From assembly GCF_964355755.1 (NCBI RefSeq), contig NC_092679.1:9578201-9642200 (forward strand): DNA of 64,000 bases, in the 5' to 3' direction. Within the stretch, counting starts at the first letter, position 1; each line of letters opens with the position of its first letter. Under the pieces are notes generated by a model. It searched no databases, was not told the DNA's origin, and was given only the letters and a program-made list of their open reading frames with translations. This document shows positions 27,101 to 41,297 of the stretch, in pieces. The stretch is from Antedon mediterranea. Lineage: Eukaryota; Animalia; Echinodermata. A program made the position numbers and the translations under genes.

Positions 27101-30100
27101 TCTGTACACTTTGATGTTTTTATGTTACCAAGTTTTTTCGAAAATCACAAAATGGTCTAAAACGTCTCCAATAGCGATTTTAAGCTATTCTGTACACTTT
27201 GATGTTTTTATGTTAACAAGTTTTTCGAAAATCACAAAATGGTCTAAAACGTCTCCAAATGCGATTTTAAGCTATTCTAAGCACTTTGGTGTTTTTATGT
27301 TAACAAGTTTTTTTGAAAATCACAAAATGGTCTAAAACGTCTCTAAATGCGATTTGAAGCTTTTCTGTACACTTTGATGTTTTTATGTTAACAACTTTTT
27401 TCGAAAATCACAAAATGGTCTAAAATGTCTCCAAATGCGATTTGAAGCTATTCTAAGCACTTTGGTGTTTTTATGGAAACAATTTTTTTCGAAAATCACA
27501 AAATGGTCTAAAACGTCTCCAATAGCGATTTGAAGCTTTTCTGTACACTTTGGTGTTTTTATGTTAACAAGTTTTTTCGAAAATCACAAAATGGTCTAAA
27601 ACGTCTCCAAATGCGATTTGAAGCTAATCTGTACACTTTGATGTTTTTATGTTAACAAGTTTTTTCGAAAATCACAAAATGGTCTAAAACGTTTCCAAAT
27701 GCGATTTGAAGCTTTTCTTTACACTTTGGTGTTTTTATGTTAACAAGTTTTTTCGAAAATCACAAAATGGTCTAAAACGTCTCCAAATGCGATTTGAAGC
27801 TATTCTGTACACTTTGATGTTTTTATGTTAACAAGTTTTTTCGAAGATCACAAAATGGTCTAAAACGTCTACAAATGCAATTTGAAGCTATTCTAAGCAC
27901 TTTTGTGTTTTTATGTTAACAAGTTTTTTCGAAAATCACAAAATGGTCTAAAACGTCTGCAAATGCGATTTTAAACTTTTCTTAGCACATTGGTGTTTTT
28001 ATTTAAACAAATTTTTTCGAAACTCACAAAATGGTCTAAAACGTCTCCAAATGCGATTTGAAGCTATTTTAAGCACTTTGGTGTTTTTGTGTTAACAAGT
28101 TTTTCGAAATGCTCAAAATGGTCTAAAACGTTTTTAAACACGATATTAAGCTATTTTGTGCTCTTTGATGTTTTTTTGTGAAAAGTTTTAGCAAAATGCT
28201 CAAAATGGTCTAAAACGATTTCTAATGTGATTTTAAGCACTTTGATGTTAACTAGTTTTTTCGAAAATCACAAAATGGTCTAAAACGTCTCCAAATGCGA
28301 TTTGAAGCTATTTTAAGCACTTAGGTGCTTTTGTGTAACCAAGTTTTTTTGAAAATCACAAAAGGGTCTAAAATGTCTCCAAATGTGATTTGAAGCTATT
28401 TTAAGCACTTTGGTGTTTTTGTGTTAACAAGTTTTTCGGAAATCACAAAATTGTCTAAAACGTCTCCAAATGCGATTTGAAGCTATTCTGTACACTTTGA
28501 TGTTTTTATGTTAACAAGTTTTTTAGAAAATCACAAAATGGTCTAAAACATCTCCAAATGCGATTTAAAGCTATTTTAAGCACTTTGGTGTTTTTATGTT
28601 AACAAGTTTTTTCGAAAATCACAAAATGGTCTAAAACGTCTCCAAATGCGATTTGAAGCTATTTTAAGCACTTTGGTGTTTTTGTGTTAACAAGTTTTTC
28701 GAAATGCTCAAAATGGTCTAAAACGTTTCCAAATGCGATTTGAAGCTATTCTGTACACTTTGATGTTTTTATGTTAACAAGTTTTTCGAAAATCACAAAA
28801 TGGTCTAAAACGTCTCCAAATGCGATTTTAAGCTATTCTAAGCACTTTGGTGTTTTTATGTTAACAAGTTTTTTTGAAAATCACAAAATGGTCTAAAACG
28901 TCTCTAAATGCGATTTGAAGCTTTTCTGTACACTTTGATGTTTTTATGTTAACAACTTTTTTCGAAAATCACAAAATGGTCTAAAATGTCTCCAAATGCG
29001 ATTTGAAGCTATTCTAAGCACTTTGGTGTTTTTATGGAAACAATTTTTTTCGAAAATCACAAAATGGTCTAAAACGTCTCCAATAGCGATTTGAAGCTTT
29101 TCTGTACACTTTGGTGTTTTTATGTTAACAAGTTTTTTCGAAAATCACAAAATGGTCTAAAACGTCTCCAAATGCGATTTGAAGCTATTCTGTACTCTTT
29201 GATGTTTTTATGTTAACAAGTTTTTCGAAAATCACAAAATGGTCTAAAACGTCTCCAAATGCGATTTTAAGCTATTCTAAGCACTTTGGTGTTTTTATGT
29301 TAACAAGTTTTTTTGAAAATCACAAAATGGTCTAAAACGTCTCTAAATGAGATTTGAAGCTTTTCTGTACACTTTGATGTTTTTATGTTAACAAGTTTTT
29401 TCGAAAATCACAAAATGGTCTAAAATGTCTCCAAATGCGATTTGAAGCTATTCTAAGCACTTTGGTGTTTTTATGGAAACAATTTTTTTCGAAAATCACA
29501 AAATGGTCTAAAACGTCTCCAAATGCGATTTGAAGCTAATCTGTACACTTTGATGTTTTTATGTTAACAAGTTTTTTCGAAAATCACAAAATGGTCTAAA
29601 ACGTTTCAAAATGCTATTTGAAGCTTTTCTTTACACTTTGGTGTTTTTATGTTAACAAGTTTTTTCGAAAATCACAAAATGGTCTAAAACGTCTCCAAAT
29701 GCGATTTGAAGCTATTCTAAGCACTTTGATGTTTTTATGTTAACAAGTTTTTTCGAAAATCACAAAATGGTCTAAAACGTCTCCAATAGCGATTTTAAGC
29801 TATTCTGTACTCTTTGATGTTTTTATGTTAACAAGTTTTTCGAAAATCACAAAATGGTCTAAAACGTCTCCAAATGCGATTTTAAGCTATTCTAAGCACT
29901 TTGGTGTTTTTATGTTAACAAGTTTTTTTGAAAATCACAAAATGGTCTAAAACGTCTCTAAATGCGATTTGAAGCTTTTCTGTACACTTTGATGTTTTTA
30001 TGTTAACAACTTTTTTCGAAAATCACAAAATGGTCTAAAATGTCTCCAAATGCGATTTGAAGCTATTCTAAGCACTTTGGTGTTTTTATGGAAACAATTT

Positions 30101-33100
30101 TTTTCGAAAATCACAAAATGGTCTAAAACGTCTACAAATGCAATTTGAAGCTATTCTAAGCACTTTTGTGTTTTTATGTTAACAAGTTTTTTTGAAAATC
30201 ACAAAATGGTCTAAAGCGTCTGCAAATGCGATTTTAAACTATTCTTAGCACATTGGTGTTTTTATTTAAACACATTTTTTCGAAACTCACAAAATGGTCT
30301 AAAACGTCTCCAAATGCGATTTGAAGCTATTTTAAGCACTTTGGTGTTTTTGTGTTAACAAGTTTTTCGAAATGCTCAAAATGGTATAAAACGTTTTTAA
30401 ACACGATATTAAGCTATTTTGTGCTCTTTGATGTTTTTTTGTGAAAAGTTTTAGCAAAATGCTCAAAATGGTCTAAAACGATTTCTAATGTGATTTCTAA
30501 AGCGTCTGCAAATGCGATTTTAAACTATTCTTAGCACATTGGTGTTTTTATTTAAACACATTTTTTCGAAACTCACAAAATGGTCTAAAACGTCTCCAAA
30601 TGCGATTTGAAGCTATTTTAAGCACTTTGGTGTTTTTGTGTTAACAAGTTTTTCGAAATGCTCAAAATGGTATAAAACGTTTTTAAACACGATATTAAGC
30701 TACTTTGTGCTCTTTGATGTTTTTGTGTGAAATGTTTTATCGAAATGCTCAAAATGGTCTAAAATGTCTCCAAATGTGATTTGAAGCTATTTTAAGCACT
30801 TTGGTGTTTTTGTGTTAACAAGTTTTTCGGAAATCACAAAATTGTCTAAAACGTCTCCAAATGCGATTTGAAGCTATTCTGTACACTTTGATGCTTTTAT
30901 GTTAACAAGTTTTTTAGAAAATCACAAAATGGTCTAAAACATCTCCAAATGCGATTTAAAGCTATTTTAAGCACTTTGGTGTTTTTATGTTAACAAGTTT
31001 TTTCGAAAATCACAAAATGGTCTAAAACGTCTCCAAATGCGATTTGAAGCTATTTTAAGCACTTTGGTGTTTTTGTGTTAACAAGTTTTTCGAAATGCTC
31101 AAAATGGTCTAAAACGTTTCCAAATGCGATTTGAAGCTATTCTGTACACTTTGATGTTTTTATGTTAACAATTTTTTTCGAAAATCACAAAATGGTCTAA
31201 AACGTCTCCAAATGTGATTTGAAGCTATTCTGTACACTTTGATGTTTTTATGTTAGCAAGTTTTTTCGAAAATCACAAAATGGTCTAAAACGTCTACAAA
31301 TGCGATTTGAAGCTAATCTGTACACTTTGATGTTTTTATGTTAACAAGTTTTTTCGAAAATCACAAAATGGTCTAAAACGTTTCCAAATGCGATTTGAAG
31401 CTATTCTGTACACTTTGATGTTTTGTGTTAAAATTTTCTGTCGAAATGCTCAAAATGGTCAAAAACGTTTTTAAATACGATATTAAGCTACTTTGTGCTC
31501 TTTGATGTTTTTGTGTGAAATGTTTTATCGAAATGCTCAAAATGGTCTAAAACGGTTTCTAATGTGATTTCAAGCACTTTGATGTTTTTGTGTAACCAAG
31601 TTTTTCGAAAATCACAAAATTGTCTAAAACGTCTCCAAATGCGATTTGAAGCTATTCTGTACACTTTGATGTTTTTATGTTAACAAGTTTTTCGAAAATC
31701 ACAAAATGGTCTAAAACGTCTCCAAATGCGATTTGAAGCTATTCTGTACACTTTGATGTTTTTATGTTAACAAGTTTTTCGAAAATCACAAAATGGTCTA
31801 AAACGTCTCTAAATGCGATTTGAAGCTTTTCTGTACACTTTGATGTTTTTATGTTAACAACTTTTTTCGAAAATCACAAAATGGTCTAAAATGTCTCCAA
31901 ATGCGATTTGAAGCTATTCTAAGCACTTTGATGTTTTTATGTTAACAAGTTTTTTCGAAAATCACAAAATGGTCTAAAACGTCTCCAATAGCGATTTTAA
32001 GCTATTCTGTACACTTTGATGTTTTTATGTTAACAACTTTTTTCGAAAATCACAAAATGGTCTAAAATGTCTCCAAATGCGATTTGAAGCTATTCTAAGC
32101 ACTTTGGTGTTTTTATGGAAACAATTTTTTTCGAAAATCACAAAATGGTCTAAAACGTCTCCAATAGCGATTTGAAGCTTTTCTTTACACTTTGGTGTTT
32201 TTATGTTAACAAGTTTTTTCGAAAATCACAAAATGGTCTAAAACGTCTCCAAATGCGATTTGAAGCTATTCTGTACACTTTGATGTTTTTATGTTAACAA
32301 GTTTTTTCGAAGATCACAAAATGGTCTAAAACGTCTACAAATGCAATTTGAAGCTATTCTAAGCACTTTTGTGTTTTTATGTTATTAAGTTTTTTCGAAA
32401 ATCACAAAATGGTCTAAAACGTCTGCAAATGCGATTTTAAACTATTCTTAGCACATTGGTGTTTTTATTTAAACAAATTTTTTCGAAACTCACAAAATGG
32501 TCTAAAACGTCTCCAAATGCGATTTGAAGCTATTTTAAGCACTTTGGTGTTTTTGTGTTAACAAGTTTTTCGAAATGCTCAAAATGGTCTAAAACGTTTT
32601 TAAACACGATATTAAGCTATTTTGTGCTCTTTGGTGTTTTTTTGTGAAAAGTTTTAGCAAAATGCTCAAAATGGTCTAAAACGATTTCTAATGTGATTTT
32701 AAGCACTTTGATGTTTTTATGTTAACTAGTTTTTTCGAAAATCACAAAATGGTCTAAAACGTCTCCAAATGCGATTTGAAGCTATTTTAAGCACTTAGGT
32801 GCTTTTGTGTAACCAAGTTTTTTTGAAAATCACAAAAGGGTCTAAAATGTCTCCAAATGTGATTTGAAGCTATTTTAAGCACTTTGGTGTTTTTGTGTTA
32901 ACAAGTTTTTCGGAAATCACAAAATTGTCTAAAACGTCTCCAAATACGATTTGAAGCTATTCTGTACACTTTGATGTTTTTATGTTAACAAGTTTTTTAG
33001 AAAATCACAAAATGGTCTAAAACATCTCCAAATGCGATTTAAAGCTATTTTAAGCACTTTGGTGTTTTTATGTTAACAAGTTTTTTTGAAAATCACAAAA

Positions 33101-33830
33101 TGGTCTAAAACGTCTCCAAATGCGATTTGAAGCTATTTTAAGCACTTTGGTGTTTTTGTGTTAACAAGTTTTTCGAAATGCTCAAAATGGTCTAAAACGT
33201 TTCCAAATGCGATTTGAAGCTATTCTGTACACTTTGATGTTTTGTGTGAAAATTTTCTGTCGAAATGCTCAAAATGGTCAAAAACGTTTTTAAATACGAT
33301 ATTAAGCTACTTTGTGCTCTTTGATGTTTTTGTGTGAAATGTTTTATCGAAATGCTCAAAATGGTCTAAAACGGTTTCTAATGTGATTTCAAGCACTTTG
33401 ATGTTTTTGTGTAACCAAGTTTTTCGAAAATCACAAAATGGTCTAAAACGTCTCTAAATGTGATTTGAAGCTTTTCTGTACACTTTGATGTTTTTATGTT
33501 AACAACTTTTTTCGAAAATCACAAAATGGTCTAAAATGTCTCCAAATGCGATTTGAAGCTATTCTGTACACTTTGATGTTTTTATGTTAACAAGTTTTTC
33601 GAAAATCACAAAATGGTCTAAAACGTCTCTAAATGCGATTTGAAGCTTTTCTGTACACTTTAATGTTTTTATGTTAACAACTTTTTTCGAAAATCACAAA
33701 ATGGTCTAAAATGTCTCCAAATGCGATTTGAAGCTATTCTAAGCACTTTGATGTTTTTATGTTAACAAGTTTTTTCGAAAATCACAAAATGGTCTAAAAC
33801 GTTTCAAAATGCGATTTGAAGCTTTTCTTT
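3162..33830. repeat. 15,553-bp tandem duplication within the satellite (copy 1 ~3162-18714, copy 2 ~18715-33830)
   Basis: Rare variants recur at +15,553: CTTTAGTG 3170/18723, GCGATTGAAG ~8758/24311, TCTAGAAC ~10133/25686, CTAACCACT ~11461/27014. ORF-track pairs 10705/26258 and 11531/27084 have the same offset. Copy 2 lacks ~438 bp near 33440. Confidence 0.93.
4852..5279. repeat. Representative divergent cassette Y (about five monomers ending in a 78-bp short monomer)
   Basis: Fixed order: CTACA / CTGCA..CTTAGCACATTGG..ACTCACA / TATTTTAAGC..GCTC / CGTTTTTAAACACGATATT..GTGAAAAGTTTTAGC / CGATTTCTAATGTGATTTTAAGC..AACTAG. About 25 occurrences by eye. Confidence 0.88.
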
Positions 33831-36800
33831 ACACTTTGGTGTTTTTATGTTAACAAGTTTTTTCGAAAATCACAAAATGGTCTAAAACGTCTCCAAATGC
33901 GATTTGAAGCTATTCTGTACACTTTGATGTTTTTATGTTAACAAGTTTTTTCGAAGATCACAAAATGGTCTAAAACGTCTACAAATGCAATTTGAAGCTA
34001 TTCTAAGCACTTTTGTGTTTTTATGTTAACAAGTTTTTTCGAAAATCACAAAATGGTCTAAAACGTCTGCAAATGCGATTTTAAACTTTTCTTAGCACAT
34101 TGGTGTTTTTATTTAAACAAATTTTTTCGAAACTCACAAAATGGTCTAAAACGTCTCCAAATGCGATTTGAAGCTATTTTAAGCACTTTGGTGTTTTTGT
34201 GTTAACAAGTTTTTCGAAATGCTCAAAATGGTCTAAAACGTTTTTAAACACGATATTAAGCTATTTTGTGCTCTTTGATGTTTTTTTGTGAAAAGTTTTA
34301 GCAAAATGCTCAAAATGGTCTAAAACGATTTCTAATGTGATTTTAAGCACTTTGATGTTAACTAGTTTTTTCGAAAATCACAAAATGGTCTAAAACGTCT
34401 CCAAATGCGATTTGAAGCTATTTTAAGCACTTAGGTGCTTTTGTGTAACCAAGTTTTTTTGAAAATCACAAAAGGGTCTAAAATGTCTCCAAATGTGATT
34501 TGAAGCTATTTTAAGCACTTTGGTGTTTTTGTGTTAACAAGTTTTTCGGAAATCACAAAATTGTCTAAAACGTCTCCAAATGCGATTTGAAGCTATTCTG
34601 TACACTTTGATGTTTTTATGTTAACAAGTTTTTTAGAAAATCACAAAATGGTCTAAAACATCTCCAAATGCGATTTAAAGCTATTTTAAGCACTTTGGTG
34701 TTTTTATGTTAACAAGTTTTTTCGAAAATCACAAAATGGTCTAAAACGTCTCCAAATGCGATTTGAAGCTATTTTAAGCACTTTGGTGTTTTTGTGTTAA
34801 CAAGTTTTTCGAAATGCTCAAAATGGTCTAAAACGTTTCCAAATGCGATTTGAAGCTATTCTGTACACTTTGATGTTTTTATGTTAACAAGTTTTTCGAA
34901 AATCACAAAATGGTCTAAAACGTCTCCAAATGCGATTTTAAGCTATTCTAAGCACTTTGGTGTTTTTATGTTAACAAGTTTTTTTGAAAATCACAAAATG
35001 GTCTAAAACGTCTCTAAATGCGATTTGAAGCTTTTCTGTACACTTTGATGTTTTTATGTTAACAACTTTTTTCGAAAATCACAAAATGGTCTAAAATGTC
35101 TCCAAATGCGATTTGAAGCTATTCTAAGCACTTTGGTGTTTTTATGGAAACAATTTTTTTCGAAAATCACAAAATGGTCTAAAACGTCTCCAATAGCGAT
35201 TTGAAGCTTTTCTGTACACTTTGGTGTTTTTATGTTAACAAGTTTTTTCGAAAATCACAAAATGGTCTAAAACGTCTCCAAATGCGATTTGAAGCTATTC
35301 TGTACTCTTTGATGTTTTTATGTTAACAAGTTTTTCGAAAATCACAAAATGGTCTAAAACGTCTCCAAATGCGATTTTAAGCTATTCTAAGCACTTTGGT
35401 GTTTTTATGTTAACAAGTTTTTTTGAAAATCACAAAATGGTCTAAAACGTCTCTAAATGAGATTTGAAGCTTTTCTGTACACTTTGATGTTTTTATGTTA
35501 ACAAGTTTTTTCGAAAATCACAAAATGGTCTAAAATGTCTCCAAATGCGATTTGAAGCTATTCTAAGCACTTTGGTGTTTTTATGGAAACAATTTTTTTC
35601 AAAAATCACAAAATGGTCTAAAACGTCTCCAAATGCGATTTGAAGCTAATCTGTACACTTTGATGTTTTTATGTTAACAAGTTTTTTCGAAAATCACAAA
35701 ATGGTCTAAAACGTTTCAAAATGCAATTTGAAGCTTTTCTTTACACTTTGGTGTTTTTATGTTAACAAGTTTTTTCGAAAATCACAAAATGGTCTAAAAC
35801 GTCTCCAAATGCGATTTGAAGCTATTCTAAGCACTTTGATGTTTTTATGTTAACAAGTTTTTTCGAAAATCACAAAATGGTCTAAAACGTCTCCAATAGC
35901 GATTTTAAGCTATTCTGTACACTTTGATGTTTTTATGTTAACAAGTTTTTCGAAAATCACAAAATGGTCTAAAACGTCTCCAAATGCGATTTTAAGCTAT
36001 TCTAAGCACTTTGGTGTTTTTATGTTAACAAGTTTTTTTGAAAATCACAAAATGGTCTAAAACGTCTCTAAATGCGATTTGAAGCTTTTCTGTACACTTT
36101 GATGTTTTTATGTTAACAACTTTTTTCGAAAATCACAAAATGGTCTAAAATGTCTCCAAATGCGATTTGAAGCTATTCTAAGCACTTTGGTGTTTTTATG
36201 GAAACAATTTTTTTCGAAAATCACAAAATGGTCTAAAACGTCTACAAATGCAATTTGAAGCTATTCTAAGCACTTTTGTGTTTTTATGTTAACAAGTTTT
36301 TTTGAAAATCACAAAATGGTCTAAAGCGTCTGCAAATGCGATTTTAAACTATTCTTAGCACATTGGTGTTTTTATTTAAACACATTTTTTCGAAACTCAC
36401 AAAATGGTCTAAAACGTCTCCAAATGCGATTTGAAGCTATTTTAAGCACTTTGGTGTTTTTGTGTTAACAAGTTTTTCGAAATGCTCAAAATGGTATAAA
36501 ACGTTTTTAAACACGATATTAAGCTATTTTGTGCTCTTTGATGTTTTTTTGTGAAAAGTTTTAGCAAAATGCTCAAAATGGTCTAAAACGATTTCTAATG
36601 TGATTTCTAAAGCGTCTGCAAATGCGATTTTAAACTATTCTTAGCACATTGGTGTTTTTATTTAAACACATTTTTTCGAAACTCACAAAATGGTCTAAAA
36701 CGTCTCCAAATGCGATTTGAAGCTATTTTAAGCACTTTGGTGTTTTTGTGTTAACAAGTTTTTCGAAATGCTCAAAATGGTATAAAACGTTTTTAAACAC

Positions 36801-39800
36801 GATATTAAGCTACTTTGTGCTCTTTGATGTTTTTGTGTGAAATGTTTTATCGAAATGCTCAAAATGGTCTAAAATGTCTCCAAATGTGATTTGAAGCTAT
36901 TTTAAGCACTTTGGTGTTTTTGTGTTAACAAGTTTTTCGGAAATCACAAAATTGTCTAAAACGTCTCCAAATGCGATTTGAAGCTATTCTGTACACTTTG
37001 ATGTTTTTATGTTAACAAGTTTTTTAGAAAATCACAAAATGGTCTAAAACATCTCCAAATGCGATTTAAAGCTATTTTAAGCACTTTGGTGTTTTTATGT
37101 TAACAAGTTTTTTCGAAAATCACAAAATGGTCTAAAACGTCTCCAAATGCGATTTGAAGCTATTTTAAGCACTTTGGTGTTTTTGTGTTAACAAGTTTTT
37201 CGAAATGCTCAAAATGGTCTAAAACGTTTCCAAATGCGATTTGAAGCTATTCTGTACACTTTGATGTTTTTATGTTAACAATTTTTTTCGAAAATCACAA
37301 AATGGTCTAAAACGTCTCCAAATGTGATTTGAAGCTATTCTGTACACTTTGATGTTTTTATGTTAGCAAGTTTTTTCGAAAATCACAAAATGGTCTAAAA
37401 CGTCTACAAATGCGATTTGAAGCTAATCTGTACACTTTGATGTTTTTATGTTAACAAGTTTTTTCGAAAATCACAAAATGGTCTAAAACGTTTCCAAATG
37501 CGATTTGAAGCTATTCTGTACACTTTGATGTTTTGTGTTAAAATTTTCTGTCGAAATGCTCAAAATGGTCAAAAACGTTTTTAAATACGATATTAAGCTA
37601 CTTTGTGCTCTTTGATGTTTTTGTGTGAAATGTTTTATCGAAATGCTCAAAATGGTCTAAAACGGTTTCTAATGTGATTTCAAGCACTTTGATGTTTTTG
37701 TGTAACCAAGTTTTTCGAAAATCACAAAATTGTCTAAAACGTCTCCAAATGCGATTTGAAGCTATTCTGTACACTTTGATGTTTTTATGTTAACAAGTTT
37801 TTCGAAAATCACAAAATGGTCTAAAACGTCTCTAAATGCGATTTGAAGCTTTTCTGTACACTTTGATGTTTTTATGTTAACAACTTTTTTCGAAAATCAC
37901 AAAATGGTCTAAAATGTCTCCAAATGCGATTTGAAGCTATTCTAAGCACTTTGATGTTTTTATGTTAACAAGTTTTTTCGAAAATCACAAATTGGTCTAA
38001 AACGTCTCCAATAGCGATTTTAAGCTATTCTGTACACTTTGATGTTTTTATGTTAACAACTTTTTTCGAAAATCACAAAATGGTCTAAAATGTCTCCAAA
38101 TGCGATTTGAAGCTATTCTAAGCACTTTGGTGTTTTTATGGAAACAATTTTTTTCGAAAATCACAAAATGGTCTAAAACGTCTCCAATAGCGATTTGAAG
38201 CTTTTCTTTACACTTTGGTGTTTTTATGTTAACAAGTTTTTTCGAAAATCACAAAATGGTCTAAAACGTCTCCAAATGCGATTTGAAGCTATTCTGTACA
38301 CTTTGATGTTTTTATGTTAACAAGTTTTTTCGAAGATCACAAAATGGTCTAAAACGTCTACAAATGCAATTTGAAGCTATTCTAAGCACTTTTGTGTTTT
38401 TATGTTATTAAGTTTTTTCGAAAATCACAAAATGGTCTAAAACGTCTGCAAATGCGATTTTAAACTATTCTTAGCACATTGGTGTTTTTATTTAAACAAA
38501 TTTTTTCGAAACTCACAAAATGGTCTAAAACGTCTCCAAATGCGATTTGAAGCTATTTTAAGCACTTTGGTGTTTTTGTGTTAACAAGTTTTTCGAAATG
38601 CTCAAAATGGTCTAAAACGTTTTTAAACACGATATTAAGCTATTTTGTGCTCTTTGGTGTTTTTTTGTGAAAAGTTTTAGCAAAATGCTCAAAATGGTCT
38701 AAAACGATTTCTAATGTGATTTTAAGCACTTTGATGTTTTTATGTTAACTAGTTTTTTCGAAAATCACAAAATGGTCTAAAACGTCTCCAAATGCGATTT
38801 GAAGCTATTTTAAGCACTTAGGTGCTTTTGTGTAACCAAGTTTTTTTGAAAATCACAAAAGGGTCTAAAATGTCTCCAAATGTGATTTGAAGCTATTTTA
38901 AGCACTTTGGTGTTTTTGTGTTAACAAGTTTTTCGGAAATCACAAAATTGTCTAAAACGTCTCCAAATACGATTTGAAGCTATTCTGTACACTTTGATGT
39001 TTTTATGTTAACAAGTTTTTTTAGAAAATCACAAAATGGTCTAAAACATCTCCAAATGCGATTTAAAGCTATTTTAAGCACTTTGGTGTTTTTATGTTAA
39101 CAAGTTTTTTTGAAAATCACAAAATGGTCTAAAACGTCTCCAAATGCGATTTGAAGCTATTTTAAGCACTTTGGTGTTTTTGTGTTAACAAGTTTTTCGA
39201 AATGCTCAAAATGGTCTAAAACGTTTCCAAATGCGATTTGAAGCTATTCTGTACACTTTGATGTTTTGTGTGAAAATTTTCTGTCGAAATGCTCAAAATG
39301 GTCAAAAACGTTTTTAAATACGATATTAAGCTACTTTGTGCTCTTTGATGTTTTTGTGTGAAATGTTTTATCGAAATGCTCAAAATGGTCTAAAACGGTT
39401 TCTAATGTGATTTCAAGCACTTTGATGTTTTTGTGTAACCAAGTTTTTCGAAAATCACAAAATTGTCTAAAACGTCTCCAAATGCGATTTGAAGCTATTC
39501 TGTACACTTTGATGTTTTTATGTTAACAAGTTTTTCGAAAATCACAAAATGGTCTAAAACGTCTCTAAATGCGATTTGAAGCTTTTCTGTACACTTTAAT
39601 GTTTTTATGTTAACAACTTTTTTCGAAAATCACAAAATGGTCTAAAATGTCTCCAAATGCGATTTGAAGCTATTCTAAGCACTTTGATGTTTTTATGTTA
39701 ACAAGTTTTTTCGAAAATCACAAAATGGTCTAAAACGTCTCCAATAGCGATTTTAAGCTATTCTGTACACTTTGATGTTTTTATGTTAACAAGTTTTTCG

Positions 39801-40300
39801 AAAATCACAAAATGGTCTAAAACGTCTCCAAATGCGATTTTAAGCTATTCTAAGCACTTTGGTGTTTTTATGTTAACAAGTTTTTTTGAAAATCACAAAA
39901 TGGTCTAAAACGTCTCTAAATGCGATTTGAAGCTTTTCTGTACACTTTGATGTTTTTATGTTAACAACTTTTTTCGAAAATCACAAAATGGTCTAAAATG
40001 TCTCCAAATGCGATTTGAAGCTATTCTGTACACTTTGATGTTTTTATGTTAACAAGTTTTTCGAAAATCACAAAATGGTCTAAAACGTCTCTAAATGCGA
40101 TTTGAAGCTTTTCTGTACACTTTAATGTTTTTATGTTAACAACTTTTTTCGAAAATCACAAAATGGTCTAAAATGTCTCCAAATGCGATTTGAAGCTATT
40201 CTAAGCACTTTGATGTTTTTATGTTAACAAGTTTTTTCGAAAATCACAAAATGGTCTAAAACGTTTCAAAATGCGATTTGAAGCTTTTCTTTACACTTTG
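27711..40300. repeat. ~6.1-6.5-kb tandem duplication (27711-33820 repeated from 33821); third copy of block ~12158-18714
   Basis: Markers GATGTTAACT (28244/34354) and the TGATTTCTAAAGCG junction (30491/36601) are offset by 6,110. GTTATTAAG (32381/38404) is offset by 6,023 after loss of one monomer. Confidence 0.88.
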
Positions 40301-41297
40301 GTGTTTTTATGTTAACAAGTTTTTTCGAAAATCACAAAATGGTCTAAAACGTCTCCAAATGCGATTTGAAGCTATTCTGTACACTTTGATGTTTTTATGT
40401 TAACAAGTTTTTTCGAAGATCACAAAATGGTCTAAAACGTCTACAAATGCAATTTGAAGCTATTCTAAGCACTTTTGTGTTTTTATGTTAACAAGTTTTT
40501 TCGAAAATCACAAAATGGTCTAAAACGTCTGCAAATGCGATTTTAAACTATTCTTAGCACATTGGTGTTTGTATTTAAACAAATTTTTTCGAAACTCACA
40601 AAATGGTCTAAAACGTCTCCAAATGCGATTTGAAGCTATTTTAAGCACTTTGGTGTTTTTGTGTTAACAAGTTTTTCGAAATGCTCAAAATGGTCTAAAA
40701 CGTTTTTAAACACGATATTAAGCTATTTTGTGCTCTTTGATGTTTTTTTGTGAAAAGTTTTAGCAAAATGCTCAAAATGGTCTAAAACGATTTCTAATGT
40801 GATTTTAAGCACTTTGATGTTTTTATGTTAACTAGTTTTTTCGAAAATCACAAAATGGTCTAAAACGTCTCCAAATGCGATTTGAAGCTATTTTAAGCAC
40901 TTAGGTGCTTTTGTGTAACCAAAAAAATCAAAAAAGGGTCTAAAATGTCTCCAAATGTGATTTGAAGCTATTTTAAGCACTTTGGTGTTTTTGTGTTAAC
41001 AAGTTTTTCGGAAATCACAAAATTGTCTAAAACGTCTCCAAATGCGATTTGAAGCTATTCTGTACACTTTGATGTTTTTATGTTAACAAGTTTTTTAGAA
41101 AATCACAAAATGGTCTAAAACATCTCCAAATGCGATTTAAAGCTATTTTAAGCACTTTGGTGTTTTTATGTTAACAAGTTTTTTCGAAAATCACAAAATG
41201 GTCTAAAACGTCTCCAAATGCGATTTGAAGCTATTTTAAGCACTTTGGTGTTTTTGTGTTAACAAGTTTTTTCGAAAATCACAAAATGGTCTAAAAC

